Shown piece by piece: positions 12,427-25,020 of a stretch of DNA of 64,000 bases. Location of the stretch: NCBI GenBank assembly GCA_004431415.1, contig QPMI01000219.1, positions 75,187 through 139,186 on the forward strand, in the 5' to 3' direction. How positions within the stretch are numbered: the first letter of the stretch is position 1; every line of letters begins with the position of its first letter. The notes beneath the pieces are model-generated. The model had not been told where the DNA came from and did not search any database. It was given only the letters and a program-made list of their open reading frames with translations. Source of the DNA: Cyanophora paradoxa CCMP329. Taxonomy: Eukaryota; Plantae; Glaucophyta. Position numbers and translations under genes: made by a program.

Positions 12427-12496
12427 TTAATCAACTGCAATTGCAAGCTATAGCTAAGTCTTTCCGAGTTCTGGCAGAGCACTGCGGCACTCTAGA

Positions 12497-12671
12497 TCTC
12501 CTTTCCTCTCCTCCCCTCTTCATCCTTTCTGCTCCTCTCCTCTCCTCTGCTCTCCTCTCCTCGCCCCTCCTTCCCTCTCCTCTCCTCTCCTAGATCTCCT
12601 CTCATCTCGTCTCCGGACCGTCTCAGAGTCTCATCTCGTCCTCTAGATCTCCTCATGATCACCTCTCCTCT
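12497..12671. repeat. Degenerate polypyrimidine (CTCTC/CTCCT) microsatellite
   Basis: Visible CT-rich tract. Confidence 0.85.
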
Positions 12672-13778
12672 CGGCCGTCGGCGAGCAGTGCCTCACTGGT
12701 GGCTCGGTCGCATGCCCGTTGCCCTTAAACCCAGCCCGTGGAGCTGCTTGTGCAGCGATTGTGCCGCTTTCATCGGTGCCAGGCGCAGCAGCGCCTTGCC
12801 GACACATGAGGAGGGCCGCGTGGACAGCCATGCTCGCAGCGCAAAGAGGCGTGCGATTGAGAGGCGCGCAAAGAGCGATCACGAGGCTCTCATGATCAGC
12901 CCCAACATCCAATCTGGTACGGCAGTTCCTGCTTAACTTTGCACCGCTACGAACTTCAAATGACGTAGAATCAAGTAGAATCAGAAACGCAAACCCCGCC
13001 GCCGACTGCAGACACAAAGCGACCGCCAGGTACCATTTACTGCAACCAACTCCGCATGAGCCCGTCAAGCACCTGACAATCGTTGCCAGCTGCGAATGTG
13101 GACCCTCCGCTCATGCGGGCACGGTAACTTCACGAAAGTTCTGCGCAAAAACAAAACCAATAACAAACTACAGGAACCCGATGCCCATCTCCACTTAAGG
13201 CTGCCACGATTAAATACCTCAGCGTAGATCTGCTGCATTCGTACATGTACACACTTGACAACAGTCCCCCGTTCTACCGCCTCTTCACCTGCGCCCCATG
13301 GCCCCGACTGCATGCCCCCTGCCCGTCCGCGCCTCTAGCTCGCATGCGCAGCGCCCGTCCGCGCCTCGCCCGAAGACCAGTCATAGCTATAGGCCCTGGC
13401 CTATCCCGCCCCGCTGCGCCTCGGCTGTCCTCCCGGCCGCGGCCCCCCGCCGTGCCGCATGGTGCCCATCCACGTGCAAGCCTCGCCCCAAGGCCCGTCG
13501 TAGGGCCCGGGCCCGGCACATGGGCCGCACGCATTGGCAGGGCTACCACACGTGAGTGTGGACTTGTTAATATTCTGCATGAAAAATCAAAATTATTAAT
13601 TAAAGTTAACTCAAAATTATCTCAACTTCGAGAAATCAAATTAGTCGGGGCCGGCCGTGGCCGGCGGCGGCCTGGACCAGGCCAGGGCGCCGGCGCTGGC
13701 CCCGGTCCGAGGGCACCCTGCATATGGGGATGCGCATGCGCAGGCTTCGAAAGCCCGGGCAGGGCCGCTGCTCTCCGA

Positions 13779-16700
13779 AGCTCCCACCACTACTTATATG
13801 CAGAAAGCAGTCATACAGAAAACGCATTGCCAGCAAAAAATGCATGTGCGCGAAGGCAGCGCAGCCCTATCAATAGCTAGCACTGAGAAAACGAGTTGCA
13901 GCTGCTGCCCCCACCTCTAAGCCATACTCCTGAAAACAGCGAGCTCCTGACCCGCTGCCCTGCAAGCAGGACAATCGCTGGTCGCTGCGAGCACGCGAGT
14001 GTCAAAAACGAGCTGTGCGCCTCGGCAAGTGAAGGGAGCAGCGCTAGCAGACCGGCTCAGACGTGAAGTGATGCAACCCGCACAAGGTCATGCGGCACCT
14101 CGCGACGCTCGTTGCGCTGTGCGCGTCGCGGTCAGCGAACGACAAGGTTGGCATGCGCGCGCACGGCTGTGCACCTCGGCAAAGAGAAGTGGCAGAAGAA
14201 CGGATCCGGAGTGACAGCGGCACCATCCCCGCCCGTAGCCGAGGGCGAGGACGAGGCGCTCGCTGCGCTCGGAGCGTCAAGCGAAAGAGGAGAAGAACGC
14301 GCGCCTGTGAAAAGACCGCACCCGTCCGAGCTCCCGCGGCAAGAAGTGCGAGATGCTGGCTGCGCGTGAACGGCACCCGCTGCGCTGCGCGCGTCCCCGG
14401 TGTCAGAACAAGATCAAGGCGAGAGTAGCGGAAACAAGAACGAGCACCTAGCCTGCGGGAGAAGGAGCCAGGCGAGCTGCGAGTGTTGGAAGAGACAGGA
14501 CCCGGAACCGGGCGAAGCGCGCCGTGTTAGCGAGGCTCGTGCGTTAGCATCGTCCGCGAGGTTTCTTGACCAGCGGGACCGCTTCCCGCCCGGCCGCCAA
14601 GAGTGCCAGCGAGCAAGTCGCGGCCGCCACTTGGCCGTGCTCGCGGGGCTCAGTCGTGCGTGTTCCCTGACATGCAAGCAGGATGAGCGATCGAAGGAAA
14701 CAGACGGAAACCAGAAACACCTTGCTTCGCATCGGCAGGGGCCTCGCCTTTCTGCGCGGGCCTGTCAAAGCAACATTAGCTGACCGGCGGCGGCCGGGCA
14801 ACGAGTAGAGATTAAGGGCGGAAGGAGGTCGAAAACGACGCGTTCGAGAGCGTTCGTGGCCGCGGCCGAACCCAGCAGCAGGGGCAGCGACAGTCTGCGT
14901 TTGAAATCACACCCAGCACGAGCCGGGCGAGAGCCTCAAGGCGCAAGAGGTGCATCGTTCTCTCTCAAAGTGGCCGCGTTCGCTGCGGCAACAGCACCAC
15001 TGCTCGGCCTGTTCACAGAGTCAGGGAGTCCGGCTGCGCGGCGAAGCCCAGAACCGACGCACCGAGCCGCCGTGCTGCCAGGAGTTGCAACTATCTGGCA
15101 AGGCCGTCTGCCGCCGCGAGGGCCAGCCGACGCAGTCACCGCGGCCGGTTGCCGGTCGGCAAGTTGGGACCCGGGGTACGACAACGAATTCCCTTGGAGA
15201 CCGGCCTAGGCCTAGGCCTAGGTCTGGTCATGTGCGTTCCTCGCTTCGATCCGCCTTCCAATGCATCAAACCCTCTCAATAAGGAGCAGTTCATGACGTG
15301 GCACGCATTGCTGGTGCTCGTGCAGCTTAATGAGTCACAGGCCCCCCCCTTGGCGAAAAAAGGTGCTAGCGCCTAATGGCTTTAGATCTAAACTCGGATT
15401 GTTTCAAAATCAGAGAGAGGACCCTCGAAAGCTTTGACGACTTCATTTTGACGGTAATCAGCAATTCCAGGAATGACTTCTTTCAGTACTGAAGAGAAGA
15501 TGAGCTGTTCATCAAGTCACCAGACTGTGCTCATGATGTGCTCATGAGACACATGAAGGTGCACCGACGTTCCGGGAATCGGCAGACCGGCCAAAAAATA
15601 TATTCCTGTAATCTGGAAGTTAAGGGCTTTCTAAAGATGTATTTAGCGTGTCTTGAGTCGATGCTGGCAACCCGTGAGAGCATTGCATGTTTCAACCATG
15701 GCCCCTGCATGATCTCAGCGAAAACTCGTATTGGGCCTTCCGAAAGCTGCTTTAAATCACTCATATAATCAATACCTTACTTCACGAGTGATTGAGATCA
15801 TATGGATGCGCTTCTGCAGAGACTAATTTGGTCATTTTCACTTTTTTGCCCCCCCTTGATTTCAGCCACAAGAGAGTACGTTCAGAGGGTCAAGAGTCAC
15901 AGCTTAGTGCTGAAACAATTACTATGTGCCTAAATACAACCAAACGAAGCATTCGCTTCACTGTTCGCACATGTAGCAGCCCGAAATGCATTTTTCAAGG
16001 AAACTCGACGATAATGGCCGTCATTCCTTCCCCCCCCTTTTTTTACGGACGATACCCAGCGGTGCCAGCTGCAGCTGCTGCGCTTGCGCCCTTGGCCTCA
16101 AGTTCGCTCGGCTGGCTGCAGTGCAGAGTCTGCAGCTCCTCAGCTTCCAACTCCAGCTCCCTTCGTGCTCGGGCCAGATGCGCGTCGCACCTCGCAGACT
16201 TGGCGGCCGCTCGTGGCACGCAGCGCGCGGCTATTTTGCCAGCCAGAGGGTGTTGCCGCAGGACTGGCCTCCGCCTTGACTGCATCCGTGCGCCCCGCGC
16301 GCTGACTTGCTTGTTCCCAACCGCCCGTACTCGCTGTGCTCGCCAAGTTCCTCGCCTACCTGTCCGGTTACTCGCCGTACGTCTCACTCACGCCCGCAGA
16401 TCGCCGTCTCTGACCCGCGGCCTGTTAGGAGCGTTCACGCTGGCCGCCGCTGACTTCGAGCTCTCGCACGCTTCTGTGCGCGAAGCGTTCCTCTAAGATG
16501 GGCCCGGCCCGCAGTGCATGTGGGTCTGGACTCGCCGGGCGCTGCGTGCGCGCGGAACGACGCCGAACTCCCGATTGGCGGTCGTCTCGGGTGCGCCTCC
16601 CAAGCATAGCTTGGGGCCAGCGGCGCGCGAATGCATAGCTGACGATGCGCAGGACGTAACCCGGCGCGGCCTTCGGCGGCGCGGCTTGCCGTACGGGGCA

Positions 16701-17016
16701 GCAGCGGACGGCGGCGGCACGGCTCGCGGGACGGGGCGGCGGCGCGGCGGGCGGCGGCGCGGCTCGCGGGACGGAGCCGCGGCGCAGCGGGCAGCGGGGT
16801 GGCTCGCGGAACGGGGCGGCGGCCGGCAAGCCGCGTCGCCGCCCGCTGCGCCGCCGTCCCAGCGAGCCGCCCCGCCGCCCGCCGCCGACACCCGCCGCGA
16901 AAGGAGTCCCGCACCCGGGCGGGGCGGGGCGGAGCTGCGTGGCTTGGCCGGGCCGGGGCACCGGCCGGGCGCCGGCACAGGGGGCGCCGGTGCGGCTCGC
17001 TGTACGGGGCGGAGGC
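13779..17016 (+). repeat. Left arm of a 3.2-kb inverted repeat
   Basis: Reverse complement of 25021-28288; mirrored ORFs, e.g. 14400..14783(+) with 27279..27662(-) and 15531..15764(-) with 26297..26545(+). Confidence 0.95.
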
Positions 17017-17644
17017 CCGGGGGGCGGCGGCGGGGCTCGCTGGACGGGGCAGGGGCGCCGCGGTCGGCTCGCTGTACGGGGCGGAGGCGCGGCAGGCGGC
17101 GGCGCGGCTCGCCGGACGCGGACGAGGCGCAACTCGCCGTACAGGGCGCACTCAGGAGGCGCGGCGGGCGGCGGCGCGGCTCGCCGGACGGGGCGGAGTG
17201 CAGGCTCGGCATGTTGCGGCGTGGCTCGCGCCTTGCCGGGGCTAGCCGGCCCGCCGCCCGCTGCGTCGCCAACCTGTCCCGCGAGCCGCTCCGACGCCGT
17301 CTGCTGCTGCCCGGCCTTGCAGTACGCCTCGTTCCCGTTCCCTCGTTCAAGCCGTGCCGCCGCCCGGAGGGGTCTGCCCGCCGTGCCTCGGGCCGGCCGC
17401 CCCCGGCAAGGCGCGAGCCACGCCGCAAGGCGCGAGCCACGCCGCAACATGCCGAGCCTGCACTCCGCCCCGTCCGGCGAGCCGCGCCGCCGCCCACCGT
17501 GCCTCCTGAGTGCGCCCTGTACGGCGAGTTGCGCCTCGTCCGCGTCCGGCGAGCCGCGCCGCCGCCTGCCGCGCCTCCGCCCCGTACAGCGAGCCGACCG
17601 CGGCGCCCCTGCCCCGTCCAGCGAGCCCCGCCGCCGCCCCCCGG
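17017..17644. repeat. GC-rich hairpin, stem about 225 bp and loop about 160 bp, present only in the left arm
   Basis: 17017-17240 is the reverse complement of about 17401-17644. The right arm joins the two flanks directly near 25015-25021. Confidence 0.85.
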
Positions 17645-17963
17645 TACCTAGCAGCAAGTGTCTCTCGCGCGGTAATACAAATGCGCGTGCAGACATGCAA
17701 AAGGGCTGCGCAGATGCGCAGTCGGTGCAGTTTCTGCACAACCGTACAGAAATGGGCATGCTGATGTATTTGGCGCAGCTGGCCGCATGCAGTCGCGATC
17801 GTGTGCAGTCACAGCCACATGCGGACGAAATCGCATGCAGCTACTGCGCGCGGATGGAAACGCACGCAGCAGCTGCGCGCAGTTGCGTCCGCGTGGCTGC
17901 ATCTGCACTCGGCAGCTGCGTGCAGCTGCATCCGCACGGCTGCACGCGCACAAGGCTGCATCT

Positions 17964-18097
17964 GGATCCGGATCCGGATCCCGGATCCGGGATCCCGGAT
18001 CCCGGATCCCGGATCCCGGATCCGAAAATAATATAAAAATATTAAAAATATTAAAATAAATTAATTAATTTTTAAATTGAGGGGGGGGGGGGGGGGG
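17964..18097 (+). repeat. (CCCGGAT)n tract, AT-rich spacer and poly-G; repeated at 20744-20878
   Basis: Directly visible heptamer run, then aaaataatataaaaatatt..., then a long G run. Confidence 0.9.
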
Positions 18098-18780
18098 CGC
18101 ACATGCGGAGATTTAGAGCAGGCCTGGGCATGGTCATGGGCTGGCCCGCTGGCCAGATCTCGAGTCTGGACGTACCCCTGTACCTCAGTCTGCCTGTACC
18201 CTCAATACACCACCTTGCCAGCTATCTAGACTGGCAATACATGCTTGCTTTTAATTTAACTGCTGGAGCAGATTGAGAGGAAGAGTGTTGAGGGGAGGGT
18301 AGGTGAGGGAGGCTTGCGAATCGCTTAAACAGAATCTCGAACGCATATGCATCAATGTGCGAGGCTGCGGAGGCGAGGGCGCGCGGAAAGATGTTCAGGC
18401 CCAAGCAGGATCAAATTCTCGGGGTGGGTTGGGTGCTCGCAGCCCAGCGCATCTGTAAAAAGCATGCAGAATGCTTGTTCTACTAGTGGCCCGGCCGCGA
18501 TTTTCGCGCCGGGGATGCAAGGGGGGAACCAGGATCTAATGAAAGAGTCCTAGTGGCACGCACATGCGCGCGGCAAGCAGTGCGCGCGGCAGGTCGAAGG
18601 TTAAAGATAAACACAGATTATGATTAAAAAAATACAGAAGGCCCATGTTGCCACCAAAACTGCGGCGAGCCCAGGCAGCGGCACAGCTAGGCAGCGGCGC
18701 AAGCGGTTTTGCGGTGCAAACTCAACCACGAGTGCCGGGCAGCGTGCTCGGCTGCGCATGCGGGCAGCGGAGCGTGCTCG

Positions 18781-19995
18781 GTACCTGGGCTATATCAAGG
18801 GCGCTGGATTTGATTTTGATAGTGGTTAGCGCTGAAAAGGTGCTCTTGCCCTGCCAAGCAATAGTGGGCCCCAATTGCCAACACTTCATTTGTGCCAACT
18901 TGCAGGGCCGCACAGACTCGCAACTGTCTTAAACCGACTTCATAATCAAATCTAGCTCCCTCGAGAACCCCCGACAGCATGCTCAGGCGTGTATGAGATG
19001 TGGGCCCTAGGTTTCAATATGGCTCGCAGTGAGCATCTGAGCACCCATGCATGCAGTGTTCATGATGATTATGAGAATTGATCATGATGCCTGGAAAAGA
19101 TCCCGACCTTTTTACTGACTGGCGAGGTGTACCTGGGCTATATCAAGGGCGCTGGATTTGATTTTGATAGTGGTTAGCGCTGAAAAGGTGCTCTTGCCCT
19201 GCCAAGCAATAGTGGGCCCCAATTGCCAACACTTCATTTGTGCCAACTTGCAGGGCCGCACAGACTCGCAACTGTCTTAAACCGACTTCATAATCAAATC
19301 TAGCTCCCTCGAGAACCCCCGACAGCATGCTCAGGCGTGTATGAGATGTGGGCCCTAGGTTTCAATATGGCTCGCAGTGAGCATCTGAGCACCCATGCAT
19401 GCAATGTTCATGATGATTATGAGAATTGATCATGATGCCTGGAAAAGATCCCGACCTTTTAACTGACTGGCGAGGTGTACCTGGGCTATATCAAGGGCGC
19501 TGGATTTGATTTTGATAGTGGTTAGCGCTGAAAAGGTGCTCTTGCCCTGCCAAGCAATAGTGGGCCCCAATTGCCAACACTTCATTTGTGCCAACTTGCA
19601 GGGCCGCACAGACTCGCAACTGTCTTAAACCGACTTCATAATCAAATCTAGCTCCCTCGAGAACCCCCCGACAGCATGCTCAGGCGTGTATGAGATGTGG
19701 GCCCTAGGTTTCAATATGGCTCGCAGTCAGCATCTGAGCACCCATGCATGCAGTGTTCATGATGATTATGAGAATTGATCATGATGCCTGGAAAAGATCC
19801 CGACCTTTTATAACTGACTGGCGAGGTGTACCTGGGCTATATCAAGGGCGCTGGATTTGATTTTGATAGTGGTTAGTGCTGAAAAGGTGCTCTTGCCCTG
19901 CCAAGCAATAGTGGGCCCCAATTGCCAACACTTCATGTGTGCCAATTCGCAGGGCAGCACAGACTCGCAACTGTCTTAAACCGACTTCATAATCA
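18781..19995. repeat. 348-bp tandem array, about 3.5 units
   Basis: gtacctgggctatatc at 18781, 19129, 19477 and 19828. Confidence 0.97.
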
Positions 19996-21561
19996 GCGGC
20001 GTGGCTCGCGCCTTGCCGGGGCGAGCCGGCCCGCCGCCCGCTGCGTCGCCAACCTGTCCCGCGAGCCGCTCCGACGCCGTCTGCTGCTGCCCGGCCTTGC
20101 AGTACGCCTCGTTCCCGTTCCCTCGTTCAAGCCGTGCCGCCGCCCGGAGGGGGTCTGCCCGCCGCGCCTCGGGCCGGCCGCCCCGGCAAGGCGCGAGCCA
20201 CGCCGCAAGGCGCGAGCCACGCCGCAACATGCCGAGCCTGCACTCCGCCCCGTCCGGCGAGCCGCGCCGCCGCCCACCGTGCCTCCTGAGTGCGCCCTGT
20301 ACGGCGAGTTGCGCCTCGTCCGCGTCCGGCGAGCCGCGCCGCCGCCTGCCGCGCCTCCGCCCCGTACAGCGAGCCGACCGCGGCGCCCCTGCCCCGTCCA
20401 GCGAGCCCCGCCGCCGCCCCCCGGTACCTAGCAGCAAGTGTCTCTCGCGCGGTAATACAAATGCGCGTGCAGACATGCAAAAGGGCTGCGCAGATGCGCA
20501 GTCGGTGCAGTTTCTGCACAACCGTACAGAAATGGGCATGCTGATGTATTTGGCGCAGCTGGCCGCATGCAGTCGCGATCGTGTGCAGTCACAGCCACAT
20601 GCGGACGAAATCGCATGCAGCTACTGCGCGCGGATGGAAACGCACGCAGCAGCTGCGCGCAGTTGCGTCCGCGTGGCTGCATCTGCACTCGGCAGCTGCG
20701 TGCAGCTGCATCCGCACGGCTGCACGCGCACAAGGCTGCATCTGGATCCGGATCCGGATCCCGGATCCGGGATCCCGGATCCCGGATCCCGGATCCCGGA
20801 TCCGAAAATAATATAAAAATATTAAAAATATTAAAATAAATTAATTAATTTTTAAATTGAGGGGGGGGGGGGGGGGGGCGCACATGCGGAGATTTAGAGC
20901 AGGCCTGGGCATGGTCATGGGCTGGCCCGCTGGCCAGATCTCGAGTCTGGACGTACCCCTGTACCTCAGTCTGCCTGTACCCTCAATACACCACCTTGCC
21001 AGCTATCTAGACTGGCAATACATGCTTGCTTTTAATTTAACTGCTGGAGCAGATTGAGAGGAAGAGTGTTGAGGGGAGGGTAGGTGAGGGAGGCTTGCGA
21101 ATCGCTTAAACAGAATCTCGAACGCATATGCATCAATGTGCGAGGCTGCGGAGGCGAGGGCGCGCGGAAAGATGTTCAGGCCCAAGCAGGATCAAATTCT
21201 CGGGGTGGGTTGGGTGCTCGCAGCCCAGCGCATCTGTAAAAAGCATGCAGAATGCTTGTTCTACTAGTGGCCCGGCCGCGATTTTCGCGCCGGGGATGCA
21301 AGGGGGGAACCAGGATCTAATGAAAGAGTCCTAGTGGCACGCACATGCGCGCGGCAAGCAGTGCGCGCGGCAGGTCGAAGGTTAAAGATAAACACAGATT
21401 ATGATTAAAAAAATACAGAAGGCCCATGTTGCCACCAAAACTGCGGCGAGCCCAGGCAGCGGCACAGCTAGGCAGTGGCGCAAGCGGTTTTGCGGTGCAA
21501 ACTCAACCACGAGTGCCGGGCAGCGTGCTCGGCTGCGCATGCGGGCAGCGGAGCGTGCTCG

Positions 21562-24274
21562 GTACCTGGGCTATATCAAGGGCGCTGGATTTGATTTTGA
21601 TAGTGGTTAGCGCTGAAAAGGTGCTCTTGCCCTGCCAAGCAATAGTGGGCCCCAATTGCCAACACTTCATTTGTGCCAACTTGCAGGGCCGCACAGACTC
21701 GCAACTGTCTTAAACCGACTTCATAATCAAATCTAGCTCCCTCGAGAACCCCCGACAGCATGCTCAGGCGTGTATGAGATGTGGGCCCTAGGTTTCAATA
21801 TGGCTCGCAGTGAGCATCTGAGCACCCATGCATGCAGTGTTCATGATGATTATGAGAATTGATCATGATGCCTGGAAAAGATCCCGACCTTTTAACTGAC
21901 TGGCGAGGTGTACCTGGGCTATATCAAGGGCGCTGGATTTGATTTTGATAGTGGTTAGCGCTGAAAAGGTGCTCTTGCCCTGCCAAGCAATAGTGGGCCC
22001 CAATTGCCAACACTTCATTTGTGCCAACTTGCAGGGCCGCACAGACTCGCAACTGTCTTAAACCGACTTCATAATCAAATCTAGCTCCCTCGAGAACCCC
22101 CGACAGCATGCTCAGGCGTGTATGAGATGTGGGCCCTAGGTTTCAATATGGCTCGCAGTGAGCATCTGAGCACCCATGCATGCAATGTTCATGATGATTA
22201 TGAGAATTGATCATGATGCCTGGAAAAGATCCCGACCTTTTAACTGACTGGCGAGGTGTACCTGGGCTATATCAAGGGCGCTGGATTTGATTTTGATAGT
22301 GGTTAGCGCTGAAAAGGTGCTCTTGCCCTGCCAAGCAATAGTGGGCCCCAATTGCCAACACTTCATTTGTGCCAACTTGCAGGCCGCACAGACTCGCAAC
22401 TGTCTTAAACCGACTTCATAATCAAATCTAGCTCCCTCGAGAACCCCCGACAGCATGCTCAGGCGTGTATGAGATGTGGGCCCTAGGTTTCAATATGGCT
22501 CGCAGTGAGCATCTGAGCACCCATGCATGCAGTGTTCATGATGATTATGAGAATTGATCATGATGCCTGGAAAAGATCCCGACCTTTTAACTGACTGGCG
22601 AGGTGTACCTGGGCTATATCAAGGGCGCTGGATTTGATTTTGATAGTGGTTAGCGCTGAAAAGGTGCTCTTGCCCTGCCAAGCAATAGTGGGCCCAATTG
22701 CCAACACTTCATTTGTGCCAACTTGCAGGGCCGCACAGACTCGCAACTGTCTTAAACCGACTTCGTAATCAAATCTAGCTCCCTCGAGAACCCCCGACAG
22801 CATGCTCAGGCGTGTATGAGATGTGGGCCCTAGGTTTCAATATGGCTCGCAGTGAGCATCTGAGCACCCATGCATGCAATGTTCATGATGATTATGAGAA
22901 TTGATCATGATGCCTGGAAAAGATCCCGACCTTTTAACTGACTGGCGAGGTGTACCTGGGCTATATCAAGGGCGCTGGATTTGATTTTGATAGTGGTTAG
23001 CGCTGAAAAGGTGCTCTTGCCCTGCCAAGCAATAGTGGGCCCCAATTGCCAACACTTCATTTGTGCCAACTTGCAGGGCCGCACAGACTCGCAACTGTCT
23101 TAAACCGACTTCATAATCAAATCTAGCTCCCTCGAGAACCCCCGACAGCATGCTCAGGCGTGTATGAGATGTGGGCCCTAGGTTTCAATATGGCTCGCAG
23201 TCAGCATCTGAGCACCCATGCATGCAGTGTTCATGATGATTATGAGAATTGATCATGATGCCTGGAAAAGATCCCGACCTTTTATAACTGACTGGCGAGG
23301 TGTACCTGGGCTATATCAAGGGCGCTGGATTTGATTTTGATAGTGGTTAGTGCTGAAAAGGTGCTCTTGCCCTGCCAAGCAATAGTGGGCCCCAATTGCC
23401 AACACTTCATGTGTGCCAATTCGCAGGGCAGCACAGACTCGCAACTGTCTTAAACCGACTTCGTAATCAAATCTAGCTCCCTCGAGAACCCCCGACAGCA
23501 TGCTCAGGCGTGTATGAGATGTGGGCCCTAGGTTTCAATATGGCTCGCAGCGAGCATCTGAGCACCCATGCATGCAGTGTTCATGATGGTCATGAGAATT
23601 GATCATGATGCCTGGAAAAGATCCCGACCTTTTAACTGACTGGCGAGGTGTACCTGGGCTATATCAAGGGCGCTGGATTTGATTTTGATAGTGGTTAGCG
23701 CTGAAAAGGTGCTCTTGCCCTGCCAAGCAATAGTGGGCCCCAATTGCCAACACTTCATTTGTGCCAATTTGCAGGGCCGCACAGACTCGCAACTGTCTTA
23801 AACCGACTTCATAATCAAATCTAGCTCCCCCGAGAACCCCCGACAGCATGCTCAGGCGTGTATGAGATGTGGGCCCTAGGTTTCAATATGGCTCGCAGTC
23901 AGCATCTGAGCACCCATGCATGCAGTGTTCATGATGATTATGAGAATTGATCATGATGCCTGGAAAAGATCCCGACCTTTTAACTGACTGGCGAGGTGTA
24001 CCTGGGCTATATCAAGGGTGCTGGATTTGTTTTTGATAGTGGTTAGCACTGAAAAGGTGCTCTTTACTTGCCAAGCAATAGTGGGCCCCAATTGCCAACA
24101 CTTCATTTGTGCCAACTTGCAGGGCCGCACAGACTCGCAACTGTCTTAAACCGACTTCATAATCAAATCTAGCTCCCTCGAGAACCCCCGACAGCATGCT
24201 CAGGCGTGTATGAGATGTGGGCCCTAGGTTTCAATATGGCTCGCAGTGAGCATCTGAGCACCCATGCATGCAGT
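21562..24274. repeat. 348-bp tandem array, about 7.8 units
   Basis: Unit starts at about 21562, 21910, 22258, 22605, 22952, 23302, 23650 and 23998. Confidence 0.97.
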
Positions 24275-24499
24275 TTTCCAAAAAATCCCAAAATTCAGGC
24301 GACTCACCCCACAAAATAATGGGCCACGGGCTACAAGCTAGAGCCAGGCCCGGGGCAACGTCAAATCGAATCCAGCACCCTCGAAAACCCCCGGGGGGCG
24401 TTCTGGACCCAGATGTAACTTGTCAGATAAGATGCTTTCCTTGGTGGCATTAATTTGCTTACTGGGCTCTTTGCTTAATTTGCCCCACCCCCAAACGTC

Positions 24500-24703
24500 C
24501 CCTCTTCCCCCCGCCCCTCCCTTCCCCCCCCCCCCCCCCACACACACTCGAAGTTTAATTAATTTTAAATTATTTCTTAAAAATATTTTTATTTATTATT
24601 TATTTTTATTATTATCCGGTATCCGGGATCCGGGATCCGGGATCCGGGATCCGGGATCCGGGATCCGGGATCCGGGATCCGGGATCCGGGATCCGGGATC
24701 CGG
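24500..24703 (-). repeat. Poly-C, AT-rich spacer and (ATCCGGG)11; inverted counterpart of 17964-18097
   Basis: 11 perfect ATCCGGG units at 24621-24697, followed by a degenerate gcagcagctgcatgcgtttgcttc minisatellite to about 24900. Confidence 0.92.
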
Positions 24704-25020
24704 ATGCAGCAGCTGCATGCATCCACATCTGCATGCAGCAGCTGCATGCGTTTGCTTCCGCACGCACCAGCTGCATGCGTTTGCTTCCGCGTGCAGCAGC
24801 TGCATGCGTTTGCTTCTGCGTGCAGCAGCTGCGCGCGTTTGCTTTCGCATGCAAAAGCAGGCATGCAGATGCACGTCCATGCAGAAACTGCATGCAACGT
24901 GCAGAAACTGCACGCTCCGTGCAGAAAGAAGGTTTCTGCGCGGACACTTCTGCACCGGAGCGTTGCCGCGCAGAAAGTGCTCATTTCCGCGCGGGAGACA
25001 GTTGCTGCCCGATACCCCTG

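Larger units (their letters stand above)
17216..22776. repeat. 2.78-kb direct tandem duplication (17216-19995 and 19996-about 22776)
   Basis: Identical ORFs offset by 2780-2781 bp (17648/20428, 18222/21003, 18795/21576); junction aatca|gcggcgtggc at 19995. Confidence 0.92.

Noticed and set aside
13779-17760. Long Arg/Ala/Pro-rich ORFs in the inverted arms as genes or transposase
   Set aside because: Open on both strands because of extreme GC content; no DDE or other domain is recognisable, and the arms differ by frameshifting indels.
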